DNA of 64,000 nt from positions 10,744 through 74,743 of the forward strand of contig JASJAS010000007.1 in NCBI GenBank assembly GCA_030066875.1. The letters run 5' to 3'. A program made the position numbers and the translations under genes. Source of the DNA: Acidimicrobiia bacterium. GTDB lineage: Bacteria > Actinomycetota > Acidimicrobiia > Spongiisociales > UBA5794. This document shows, in pieces, positions 55,656 to 64,000 of this stretch. The notes beneath the pieces were generated by a model. The model was not told the origin of the DNA. It saw nothing but the letters and a program-made list of their open reading frames with translations, and made no database searches. Position 1 is the stretch's first letter; every line of letters begins with the position of its first letter.

Positions 55656-56657
55656 CTAGCCCTCGGCGTCGGCGCAGACCGTGTCGGTGATCAGCGCAGT
55701 GACGACGTACGGGTCCATGTTGGCGTTGGGCCGCCGATCCTCGATGTAGCCCTTGCCGTCACGGGCAACCTGCCAGGGGATCCGCACCGAGGCACCCCGG
55801 TCGGAAACGCCGTAGCTGTACTCGGTCCAAGGCGCCGTTTCGTGGAGCCCGGTCAGCCGCTGCTCGATGCCGGCACCGTACTGCTTGATGTGGGTGTCGG
55901 CCTTCTTCCCCAGCGCCTCGCATGCAGCGATGATGGCGTCGTAGCTCTCCCGCATCTCGCTGGTCGAGAAGTTGGTGTGGGCGCCAGCCCCATTCCAGTC
56001 GCCCGACACCGGCTTGGGCATGAGATGAGCCGAGATGTCGTAGTCCTCGGCGATTCTGTACAGAAGCCAGCGAGCCAGCCAGACCTCATCGGAAACCAAC
56101 AGCGCATCGCCGGGACCGATCTGGAACTCCCACTGGCCGATCATGACCTCAGCGTTGGTGCCCGAGAGAGTGAGCCCGGCAGCGATGCATGCTTCGGTGT
56201 GGTGCTCGACAACGTCCCGACCCCAGATCTCGTCGGCGCCGACACCGCAGTAGTAACCCCCTTGGGGAGCCGGAAAGCCGCCCGCCGGCCAGCCGTGGGG
56301 TCGGCCATCCTTGAAGAAGGTGTACTCCTGCTCGATGCCGAACAGCGGTTCGTGTGAGGCGTACTGTTCCGCGACGTCGGCGCAGTACGCTCGGGTGTTG
56401 CTCTCGTGAGGTGTCATGTCGGTGTTGAGCACCTCGCACAGAACGAGTTTGTCTTCTCCACCACGAATCGGATCCGACACGATTCGTACCGGACGGAGAA
56501 CGCAATCGGATGATTCACCCGGCGCTTGTTCGGTACTCGAACCGTCGAAACCCCAGATAGGCGGCGCATCCGCGTCGGGGACGATCTTTGTCTTGGACCG
56601 CAACTTCGCAGTCGGCTGCTGGCCATCGATCCAGATGTATTCGGCCCTGTAGACCAT
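55656..56657 (-). CDS. glnII: glutamine synthetase type II (eukaryote-like)
   Basis: MVYRAEYIWIDG start, about 333 aa, and GSII-type motifs (GAGAHTNFS, DRRPNANMDPY). Confidence 0.85.
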   Translation of the reverse strand: MVYRAEYIWIDGQQPTAKLRSKTKIVPDADAPPIWGFDGSSTEQAPGESSDCVLRPVRIVSDPIRGGEDKLVLCEVLNTDMTPHESNTRAYCADVAEQYASHEPLFGIEQEYTFFKDGRPHGWPAGGFPAPQGGYYCGVGADEIWGRDVVEHHTEACIAAGLTLSGTNAEVMIGQWEFQIGPGDALLVSDEVWLARWLLYRIAEDYDISAHLMPKPVSGDWNGAGAHTNFSTSEMRESYDAIIAACEALGKKADTHIKQYGAGIEQRLTGLHETAPWTEYSYGVSDRGASVRIPWQVARDGKGYIEDRRPNANMDPYVVTALITDTVCADAEG

Positions 56658-56722
56658 GTTGTTGGCTCCTTCACATGACAACGCACCGGTTCACCGGTGC
56701 CCCCACAGTATGCCAACCACGG

Positions 56723-56760
56723 GTTTCTTTCGAGTAACGGGAATGTGAACACTGTGTTTC
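56723..56760. promoter_or_regulatory. candidate GlnR operator: four 5-nt boxes with 11-nt periodicity
   Basis: Plus strand reads GTTTC-n6-GTAAC-n6-GTGAA-n6-GTTTC. Minus strand reads GAAAC-n6-TTCAC-n6-GTTAC-n6-GAAAC. It is centred in the 165-nt glnII/glnA divergent region. Confidence 0.45.
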
Positions 56761-56822
56761 GTGGCGGTTTTGGGCCTGTTCTCGGCACTGAAGCGCGCTT
56801 AGCATCGCGCCCTGGAGGTCAC

Positions 56823-58115
56823 ATGCAAAGGCAAGAGGAATACGTTCTCAGGACAGTCGAAGAGCGCGGGGTGCGCTTCATCCGGTTGTGGTTCACCGAC
56901 ATTCTTGGCTTCCTCAAGTCGTTTGCTATCACCCCGGCGGAGCTCGAATCGGCTTTCGCCGACGGAATGCGCTTCGACGGTTCCGCCATCGATGGCTTCT
57001 CCCGTGATCAGGAATCTGACATGCTGGCTCGGCCGGACCCAACGACCTTTCAGATCCTGCCCTTCCGCTCCGGCGATGGAGCCGTTGCGCGCATGTTCTG
57101 CGATATCGTCACTCCCAATGGCGAGCCGTTTCAGGGCGACCCGCGCTGGGTCCTGCGCAAGAACCTCGAACGGGCCCGAGCCCTCGGGTACTCGTTCTAC
57201 GTCGGGCCCGAGGTGGAGTATTTCTACTTCGCGGACACGAGCCCTGAGCCGCAGACTCTGGATCGGGGCGGCTACTTCGACTTGACGCCGCTCGATGTGG
57301 CCCAGCAGTACCGCCGCAGCACGATCGTGGCTCTGGAGAGGCTCGGCATACCCGTTGAGTCGTCGCACCACGAGGTCTCGCCCTCACAGCACGAGATCGA
57401 CCTGCGCCACACCGACGCCCTCACGATGGCCGACAATCTCGTTACGACGCGCCTTGCCATAAAGGAAGTGGCAATGGAGCAGGGCATCTATGCCACGTTC
57501 ATGCCGAAACCGCTCGAGGGTCACGACGGCTCTGGCCTTCACCTCCATCTGTCGCTCTTTGCCGGCGACGGCAACGCGTTTCACGACGAGGCCGAGACCG
57601 ACACCCTCTCGGGCCTCGCCCGGGCCTTCGTCGCGGGGCTGATCCGGCACGGCCGCGAAATAACCGCGATCACAAACCAATGGGTGAACTCGTACAAGCG
57701 GCTGGTCACCGGGTTCGATGCGCCCGTGCTGTCTGCCTGGGACCGCACCAATCAGGCCGCCGTAGTACGGATTCCCAGCGTTGCCGGCAACCGACCCGGC
57801 GCAACCCGCATCGAATACCGAGCTCCCGACCCTGCCTGCAATCCCTACCTGGCGTTGTCGGCCATCCTGGCGGCTGGGCTGACGGGCATCGAGCAGGGCT
57901 ACGAGCTGGGCGACGCCGAGTCGATTGGTTCTGCGGAACGTCTCCCCACGACCCTCGCCGAAGCGCTCGACACGATGCAAGCCTCAGCGCTCGTCAAGGA
58001 CACCCTCGGCGAGCACGTCTTCGAGTGGTTCCTGCGCAACAAGCGCCGCGAATGGCAGCGCTATGAACATCACGTGTCCCGGTTCGAGCTGGAACAGTAT
58101 CTGCCGGTGCTGTGA
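56823..58115 (+). CDS. glnA: glutamine synthetase type I
   Basis: VRFIRLWFTDILG and FDGSAIDGF in the N-terminal domain. HHEVSPSQHEI and GSGLHLHLSLF in the catalytic domain. ATG at 56823 follows GGAGG. Confidence 0.85.
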   Translation: MQRQEEYVLRTVEERGVRFIRLWFTDILGFLKSFAITPAELESAFADGMRFDGSAIDGFSRDQESDMLARPDPTTFQILPFRSGDGAVARMFCDIVTPNGEPFQGDPRWVLRKNLERARALGYSFYVGPEVEYFYFADTSPEPQTLDRGGYFDLTPLDVAQQYRRSTIVALERLGIPVESSHHEVSPSQHEIDLRHTDALTMADNLVTTRLAIKEVAMEQGIYATFMPKPLEGHDGSGLHLHLSLFAGDGNAFHDEAETDTLSGLARAFVAGLIRHGREITAITNQWVNSYKRLVTGFDAPVLSAWDRTNQAAVVRIPSVAGNRPGATRIEYRAPDPACNPYLALSAILAAGLTGIEQGYELGDAESIGSAERLPTTLAEALDTMQASALVKDTLGEHVFEWFLRNKRREWQRYEHHVSRFELEQYLPVL

Positions 58116-58765
58116 TGTTTGTAGCCGTCTATCCCGCCGAGCCGACTCAGCCGCTCATCGCGGCACTGCTTGCTGCCGGATACCAACCGGTTCCGCTCGA
58201 TGACCTGAGCTCACTCGAGGAGCGGGTGCCGGCAGAAGGGTGGGCGGCCGCCGTAGTCGAGGTGACCGCCGATCTGGGACGGGCGCTCACCGTAGCCGGG
58301 AAGATCACCGAAGAATCCGGGTTGCCGGTGCTGCTTCTGATCGACCGCACCATGACCGCAGATATCGTGGGTGAAACCGGGTTTACTGACTTCGTCCTCT
58401 CACCCGTCGACCGCACAGAACTCCGGGTACGCCTCGGCAGGCTGCACTCCACTACCCCGGCGATGGCAGACGACGACATCATCCGTTTCCGCGATTTGCA
58501 GTTGAACACTGCTACCTATCAGGCGCTGGTGGGTGGAGAGCCCCGCGACCTGACCTTCATGGAATACGAGTTACTGCGCTTCCTGGTGGAAAACCCCGGC
58601 CGGGTGTGGAGCCGCGACCAGATTCTCTCCAAGGTGTGGGGCTACGACTACTTCGGCGGATCGCGCACCGTCGACGTTCACATCCGTCGGTTGCGGGCCA
58701 AACTCGGCGAGGAGCGCTCGTCGTGGATTACAACCGTCCGCAGCGTCGGGTATCGCTTCGGCTGA
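58112..58765 (+). CDS. glnR: GlnR-like orphan OmpR-family transcriptional regulator (atypical receiver domain)
   Basis: The C-terminal DLTFMEYELLRFLVENPGRVWSRDQILSKVWGYDYFGGSRTVDVHIRRLRAKLG closely parallels Streptomyces GlnR as I recall it. The receiver lacks the acidic pocket by eye. ATGA overlap with glnA. Confidence 0.7.
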   Translation: MMFVAVYPAEPTQPLIAALLAAGYQPVPLDDLSSLEERVPAEGWAAAVVEVTADLGRALTVAGKITEESGLPVLLLIDRTMTADIVGETGFTDFVLSPVDRTELRVRLGRLHSTTPAMADDDIIRFRDLQLNTATYQALVGGEPRDLTFMEYELLRFLVENPGRVWSRDQILSKVWGYDYFGGSRTVDVHIRRLRAKLGEERSSWITTVRSVGYRFG

Positions 58766-58822
58766 AGACCCGTGATCTCCGGGGAACGTCCGGTAGGGTC
58801 GACTCGACCAAGGGAGACCAAC

Positions 58823-59428
58823 ATGGCATATCCGGTAGACGTATCCATCGATTACGGCGACGGTGAGAGGAGCCGCGGCCTGGCGGTTGCGGGAATCATC
58901 TTCCCCGTCAAAGTGCTGCTGGCGCTGCCGCACATGATCGTCCTCGCATTCGTCCAGTTCGGCGCGTTCATCGCATCGTGGATCGGCTATTGGGCGATCG
59001 CTTTCAGCGGGAACCTTCCTCCCGGTATCGCCCGCTTCGTCCACAACACGCTCGGATGGAGCATCCGGGTGACTGCGTGGCTTGCCAGCATGCGTGACGA
59101 GTATCCAGCGTTTGCTTTGGAGCAGCCCGAGTACCCGGCCACGGTCACCATCACGGAGCCCGGTTTGGGCCGGAGCCGCGGCCTTGCGGTCACGGGCATC
59201 CTCTGGTTTGTCAAGGCTTTGCTCCTGCTTCCACACTTGATTGTGTTGGAGTTTGTCGGCATTGCCGCCGCGATCGCCGGTTGGATCGCGTATTGGGCTA
59301 TCGCTATCACCGGGGTTTATCCCGACGGTATCTTCAACTTCGTCCAGGGCACGCTCCGCTGGTCGACACGAACCACTGCCTGGCTGCTCGGCCTCACCGA
59401 CGAGTACCCGCCGTTTGCACTGAAGTAG
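58823..59428 (+). CDS. DUF4389 domain membrane protein (two tandem DUF4389 repeats)
   Basis: Two repeats of ...RSRGLAV.GI...VK.LLLLPH.IVL.FV......A.WI.YWAI...G..P.GI..FV..TL.W..R..AWL......YP.FAL. Confidence 0.65.
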   Translation: MAYPVDVSIDYGDGERSRGLAVAGIIFPVKVLLALPHMIVLAFVQFGAFIASWIGYWAIAFSGNLPPGIARFVHNTLGWSIRVTAWLASMRDEYPAFALEQPEYPATVTITEPGLGRSRGLAVTGILWFVKALLLLPHLIVLEFVGIAAAIAGWIAYWAIAITGVYPDGIFNFVQGTLRWSTRTTAWLLGLTDEYPPFALK

Positions 59429-59439
59429 CGGCCCGATGA

Positions 59440-59489
59440 GGTTTTGGCGTCCCTGCCCGGAATCTGCTCCGGTCTCGGACGCCAAAACC
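59440..59489. terminator. long bidirectional hairpin between convergent genes
   Basis: GGTTTTGGCGTCC / GGACGCCAAAACC is a perfect 13-bp stem around a 24-nt loop, which contains an inner CCGG/CCGG stem. Confidence 0.6.
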
Positions 59490-59502
59490 CGAGTGCGTGC
59501 CC

Positions 59503-61017
59503 CTATCCGAACTCGATGCCTTGGGCAAGTGGTAGGTCGTCGCTCCAGTTGATGGTGACCGTCTGGCGTCGCATGTAGGCCTTCCACGCGTCGGAACCGG
59601 ATTCACGGCCGCCGCCGGTCTCCTTCTCGCCGCCAAAAGCACCACCGATCTCGGCACCGGATGTCCCAATGTTGACGTTCGCGATGCCGCAGTCGGAACC
59701 CTCGGCGGACAGGAAGCGCTCGGCTGACTTCACCGAATCGGTGAAGATGGCCGACGAGAGACCCTGGGTCACTCCGTTGTTGATGGCGATTGCTTCGCTC
59801 AGCTCGTCGAACTCGATGATGTAGAGAATCGGGGCGAAGGTCTCGACACCGAGGATCTCGGCTTCGGCGGGCATCTTGATGATGGTCGGCTCGACGAAGT
59901 AGCCCGGCCGGTCTAAGACGTTGCCGCCAAACAGGACCTCGCCGCCCTGCTCTTGGGCGATTCCCACTGCTGCGGCAAACGTGTCGACAGCACCCTGGTC
60001 GATCACCGGCCCCATCAGAATGCCATCCTCGAGCGGGTCACCGATGGGGACGCTGGCGTAGGCCTCGGCCAGCCTTTTGCCGACGTCGCCAGAGATGCCC
60101 CGCTGCATGATGAGGCGGCGCAGCGACGTACAGCGCTGACCGGCGGTTCCGACGGCGGCAAACAGGGCGCCCCGAGTAACCAACTCTGCGTCGGCGTCGT
60201 CCATCACGATGATGGCGTTGTTGCCCCCGAGTTCGAGCAAGGACCGGCCCAGCCTCTTGGCCACAGCAGTACCCACCTTCTCTCCCATGCCACACGAGCC
60301 GGTTGCCGAAATGAGCGGCACCCGCCGGTCGTTGATCATCGTGTCGCCGACGGTGCGGCCTGATCCGATGGCCAGGTTGAAGACACCCTCGAAGCCGGTG
60401 CCCGCCATGACCTCGTGAGCGATCCTGGTAACGGCGACCGCCGTAAGCGGTGTGGAACTCGAAGGCTTCCAGATCATCGTGTCCCCGCAGACGGCGGCGA
60501 TGCAGGCGTTCCACGCCCAGACCGCAGTGGGGAAGTTGAACGACGTGATCACTCCGATTGGCCCGAGCGGGTGCCACTGCTCGTACATCCGATGGCGGGG
60601 GCGTTCCGACCCCATCGTCAACCCGTAGAGCTGGCGGGAGAGCCCTACCGCAAAATCGGCGATGTCGATCATTTCCTGGACCTCGCCGTCACCCTCCGGC
60701 TTGATCTTGCCCATCTCATAGGAGACGAGGGAACCGAGCGGGTCCTTGTAGTCGCGTAGGGCATTTCCCAGGAGGCGTACGTACTCGCCGCGGGCGGGCG
60801 CCGGGAGCATCCGCCACTCCTGAAAGACCTCGGCAGCGTTGCCGACGACGTTCTCATAGTCCTGGACAGTCGCCTGTCTAACTGAGGCAATCGGGTCGCC
60901 CGTCGTCGGGTCGTAGCTGGTGAGAAGATCTCCGCCGGTTTCCATCCATCCAGCGGCGTAGGCCCCGGGGTTTTCGTCTTCCAGGCCCAGCGAGCGCAGG
61001 ATTTGATCACGGTTCAT
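59503..61017 (-). CDS. aldehyde dehydrogenase, ALDH7 (piperideine-6-carboxylate / aminoadipate-semialdehyde dehydrogenase) type
   Basis: LELGGNNAIIV and GTAGQRCT (catalytic Cys). The C-terminal WKAYMRRQTVTINWSDDLPLAQGIEF is characteristic of ALDH7 as I recall it. Confidence 0.8.
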   Translation of the reverse strand: MNRDQILRSLGLEDENPGAYAAGWMETGGDLLTSYDPTTGDPIASVRQATVQDYENVVGNAAEVFQEWRMLPAPARGEYVRLLGNALRDYKDPLGSLVSYEMGKIKPEGDGEVQEMIDIADFAVGLSRQLYGLTMGSERPRHRMYEQWHPLGPIGVITSFNFPTAVWAWNACIAAVCGDTMIWKPSSSTPLTAVAVTRIAHEVMAGTGFEGVFNLAIGSGRTVGDTMINDRRVPLISATGSCGMGEKVGTAVAKRLGRSLLELGGNNAIIVMDDADAELVTRGALFAAVGTAGQRCTSLRRLIMQRGISGDVGKRLAEAYASVPIGDPLEDGILMGPVIDQGAVDTFAAAVGIAQEQGGEVLFGGNVLDRPGYFVEPTIIKMPAEAEILGVETFAPILYIIEFDELSEAIAINNGVTQGLSSAIFTDSVKSAERFLSAEGSDCGIANVNIGTSGAEIGGAFGGEKETGGGRESGSDAWKAYMRRQTVTINWSDDLPLAQGIEFG

Positions 61018-61082
61018 GGTCGACCTCCTCAGGCATCTGCTGCGGCGTCAACGGTACTAGGCAGACAATTCGGAGGCTCTTG

Positions 61083-62438
61083 CTACGGCCACACTCCTCG
61101 TTGCAGAGCCGCGGTGCGGCAGCGTTGGATGGCGACCACCTGGGCTGCAGTGCGCAGATCAGGCCTGGCAACCAGAGCACTGCTCTTGGTTGCTTCCTCC
61201 CATGCCTCGCGGTAGCCATCCAAGCCTTCGACGAGGGCAGTTCGCCGTGTGAGCACCACTTCGGTGGCCCGTTGCATTCGGGTGCGCAGCTTCTCTACGA
61301 CATCCGCCTCTTCCCACTTCTGGTTCTCGATGTTCTGCGCCCACTCGAAGTAGGACACGACCACGCCCCCGGCGTTGGCTAGGACGTCGGGAAGCAGTTT
61401 GATGCCGCGTTCCGCAAGGATGTCGTCGGCTGCAGGGGTGGTCGGGCCGTTGGCTGCTTCGACCACCAGCCGGGCCTGGACGCGCGACGCGTTCCGAATG
61501 GTGATCTGATTCTCGATGGCAGCCGGAATGAGGATGTCGCATTCGAGTTCGAGCACGCCAGCCTGCGGCAACGACTCCGATCCAGGGAAACCCACGACGG
61601 TTCCCGTCTCGTCCTTGAAACGACCGACGGCGCGTACATTCAGACCGGCCGGGTCGTAGATCCCTCCCCGCGAATCGGACACCGCTACGACCAGAGCACC
61701 GGCATCGCGGAACAGACCAGCGGCATGTCTCCCGGCACTGCCGAATCCTTGGATTGCCACCGTGCGACCATCAAGCGAGTCGACTCCCGCTAGCCCCCCG
61801 ATAGCTAGGAAGTGATCGGTCACGTAGAACGCGCCCCGAGCGGTGGCGCCATCGCGAGCCGCCAGACCACCGAGTTCGACTGGCTTGCCGGTGACCACAG
61901 GCAGGTTGGCTTCACCGGGGTGCATCATCGAATAGGTGTCGTACATCCAAGCCATCGTCTGCGCATCGGTATACAGGTCGGGAGCCGGGATGTCAGTGTG
62001 GGGCCCGATCGTGTCGCCGAGAGCTGCGGTGAACCGTCTCGTGACCCGCTCCTTCTCCCGGGCGGACAGCCGATGAGTGTCGCAAGCAACTCCGCCTTTG
62101 GCGCCGCCGAAGGGAACGTCGACAAGAGCGCACTTCCAACTCATCCAGGTAGCCAGCGCCTTGACTTCATCGATCCCGGCGCTGGGGTGAAAGCGCACGC
62201 CGCCCTTGCCCGGTCCCCGGATCGCAGAGTGCAGTACTCGATAGCCGCGGAACATGTGGACGAACCCGTCGTCCATCCGTACCGGGAGAGTCACCTCCAT
62301 GATGTGTTCCGGTTCGAATAGCCAGTCGGCGATGCCGCGCCACCCATGGAGATCGTCGGCGAAGGGCACCGCTCGATCGAATTGCTGTCTAGTGATTCGG
62401 TGGAGATTGAGGTCCTCTGCGACTGCGGTTGCCGACAT
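61083..62438 (-). CDS. gdh: Glu/Leu/Phe/Val dehydrogenase family (probable glutamate dehydrogenase)
   Basis: VPFGGAKGGV catalytic-Lys motif and IQGFGSAGRHAA NAD(P) site. ATG at 62438 sits 8 nt after AGGAGG. Confidence 0.85.
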   Translation of the reverse strand: MSATAVAEDLNLHRITRQQFDRAVPFADDLHGWRGIADWLFEPEHIMEVTLPVRMDDGFVHMFRGYRVLHSAIRGPGKGGVRFHPSAGIDEVKALATWMSWKCALVDVPFGGAKGGVACDTHRLSAREKERVTRRFTAALGDTIGPHTDIPAPDLYTDAQTMAWMYDTYSMMHPGEANLPVVTGKPVELGGLAARDGATARGAFYVTDHFLAIGGLAGVDSLDGRTVAIQGFGSAGRHAAGLFRDAGALVVAVSDSRGGIYDPAGLNVRAVGRFKDETGTVVGFPGSESLPQAGVLELECDILIPAAIENQITIRNASRVQARLVVEAANGPTTPAADDILAERGIKLLPDVLANAGGVVVSYFEWAQNIENQKWEEADVVEKLRTRMQRATEVVLTRRTALVEGLDGYREAWEEATKSSALVARPDLRTAAQVVAIQRCRTAALQRGVWP

Positions 62439-62510
62439 GGTTCTGACCTCCTGCAAGACCTCCCTTCAAGCTATCTCATCACGACGGCAACGTGTACGAA
62501 GATCTGACGA

Positions 62511-62891
62511 CTAGCGCGCCGCTATCACTTCGATCTCGACCTGGACGCCCAAGGGCAGCGCGGCCACCTCGACGGTCGAGCGCGCCGGCTTGGCATCGGC
62601 CACATACTCTCCGTACGCCTCGTTGACCACAGCGAAGTCGGCCATGTCGGCCAGGAAGATGGTGGTCTTGACGATATCGGCATAAGCAAGACCGAGATCG
62701 CCCAGGATATTGCCGATGTTCTTCATTGTCTGATGCGTCTCGGCCTCGACCCCGCCGTCAACCAAGCGATCCGCAGAGGTATCCATGCCCACCTGTCCCG
62801 AGATGAAGACGAACCCGTTCGCTTCCGTTGCAACGGAATACGGGCCGACCGGGGCGGGGGCACTGGGTACGTCGAGGATCTTCTTAGGCAT
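62511..62891 (-). CDS. ridA: RidA/YjgF family reactive-intermediate deaminase
   Basis: APAPVGPYS...FISGQ at the N-terminus and ARSTVEVAALPLGVQVEIEVIA at the C-terminus. Confidence 0.85.
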   Translation of the reverse strand: MPKKILDVPSAPAPVGPYSVATEANGFVFISGQVGMDTSADRLVDGGVEAETHQTMKNIGNILGDLGLAYADIVKTTIFLADMADFAVVNEAYGEYVADAKPARSTVEVAALPLGVQVEIEVIAAR

Positions 62892-62931
62892 TTGGCACCT
62901 CCGTATGAGTGGGCCGGCCAGCGTAACTGGA

Positions 62932-63702
62932 TCAACCCGGGTCGGGCATCAGCACTTCGTATGACGAAGGGTCGCCGGGATCCACACGGACCTTCACGAG
63001 GTTGCCCCGCTCCATGAACAACAGGGTTGGATCTTCGTCGAGCCATTCCCCGCGGAAGCGATGGATCACACCGTCGATCTCCGCCCGCGCTTTGACTCGA
63101 TAGCGCACGTTGCCTTGGGCGTCCATCTGGGACGGTTCCATTCCCATGAAGGTGGCTTCGATGACGTCGCCGACGACTGCAGTTTCGTCCTGGGCGCTGG
63201 GTGAATCAGATGGCGGGCTCCACGGCGGCGCCGCGCTGCCGGCCTGACCGGGAAGTACGACCTCAGGCTGACGACTGCGGCGCAGCATCGCCCAGAACAT
63301 GGCGGCAAAGATGAGCAATGGGATTGCCAGCAGAATCGCAGGCAGGACGAGCAGCAGGAGGTAGTTGCGGACGCGCGCATCACCCGGTTGGTCGGGGTTG
63401 TAGAGCAGGGTCTTGCGATCACCGATGTCCGGGACTACCACGCCACCCAGGTTCACCATCGATTCGTAGCGATAGGTCGCACCATCGACCTGGTACTCAT
63501 AAACGGGGCGGTAGAGAGTGTCGCCGTCATCGTCGACCGACGGGATGAGGTCAACAACGACTGCGTCGACGCTGTCATGGGTCAGCACCCGGGACATGTT
63601 CGACAGCAACCAGTATCCCAATCCGACCACGACCGGGACGAGGAGTATCGCCGCAACGACCTTGATGCACCCGCCGGCGGCACAACCGCTCCGCCTTGCC
63701 AT
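62932..63702 (-). CDS. DUF3592-like membrane protein
   Basis: TM segment, beta-rich segment YRPVYEYQVDGATYRYES, second TM segment, then a second soluble domain. Confidence 0.6.
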   Translation of the reverse strand: MARRSGCAAGGCIKVVAAILLVPVVVGLGYWLLSNMSRVLTHDSVDAVVVDLIPSVDDDGDTLYRPVYEYQVDGATYRYESMVNLGGVVVPDIGDRKTLLYNPDQPGDARVRNYLLLLVLPAILLAIPLLIFAAMFWAMLRRSRQPEVVLPGQAGSAAPPWSPPSDSPSAQDETAVVGDVIEATFMGMEPSQMDAQGNVRYRVKARAEIDGVIHRFRGEWLDEDPTLLFMERGNLVKVRVDPGDPSSYEVLMPDPG

Positions 63703-63743
63703 TGGGTCAGGCTAGTTGTGCTGGTTCCCGGGACGGGGTCAGA

Positions 63744-64000
63744 TCAGCAGAAGGACTGGCCGCAGCCGCAGGAACGCTGCTCGTTGGGGTTGTTGATGGC
63801 AAAGCCTGCGCCCTGCAAGCCACCGTCGCGAAAATCGATCGTGGCCCCGCCGACCATCATGGCGCTCTCGGCGTCCACTACCACCCGCACGCCGTCGACC
63901 TCGTTGACGATGTCGCTGGCGTCCACCGACGAGTCGAAATACATGTCGTACGAGAAACCCGAGCACCCACCGGGACGGACCGCAAGACGCAGCGACAAGC
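63744..64000 (-). CDS. HesB/IscA-family iron-sulfur cluster insertion protein (N-terminus outside window)
   Basis: GGCSGFSY...FAINNPNEQRSCGCGQSF C-terminal signature. The frame is open to the window edge. Confidence 0.85.
   Translation of the reverse strand, partial: LSLRLAVRPGGCSGFSYDMYFDSSVDASDIVNEVDGVRVVVDAESAMMVGGATIDFRDGGLQGAGFAINNPNEQRSCGCGQSFC

Overview
GC-rich, densely coding chromosomal segment with about 60 protein genes, many joined by 1-8 nt start/stop overlaps. The gene content looks actinobacterial: a mycothiol-type DinB enzyme, an LLM/F420-type oxidoreductase, the SCO1664-DUF3090-phosphomutase triad, a GlnR-like orphan regulator with glnA and eukaryote-like glnII, and three ECF sigma factors. 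I recognised no rRNA, tRNA, CRISPR array, transposase, integrase or phage gene, so this reads as core or accessory metabolism rather than a mobile island. All calls come from reading the ORF translations and the DNA by eye. No database search, HMM, fold prediction or statistic was run, and family names are motif-based recollection. Start codons were refined from SD-like motifs and overlaps and may be off by a few codons. The observations I rate highest are these. (1) An ECF sigma factor is translationally coupled to an Ogt (MGMT) protein that carries an Ada-type Zn-Cys4 methyl-acceptor module at its C-terminus and has no HTH, so it may be an alkylation-sensing sigma switch. (2) An 8-kb co-directional cluster has two paralogous modules, each an ECF sigma plus a membrane-anchored propeller protein, bracketing three secreted lipoproteins. 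(3) A 48-nt nested-hairpin element occurs twice, 37.5 kb apart. (4) A 58-nt dyad array of six CTGAGA hexamers in helical phase lies between a two-component system and a MacB-type ABC operon. (5) A four-box, 11-nt-periodic GlnR-like operator lies between divergent glnII and glnA-glnR. Nothing in the window looks like a canonical phage-defence system.
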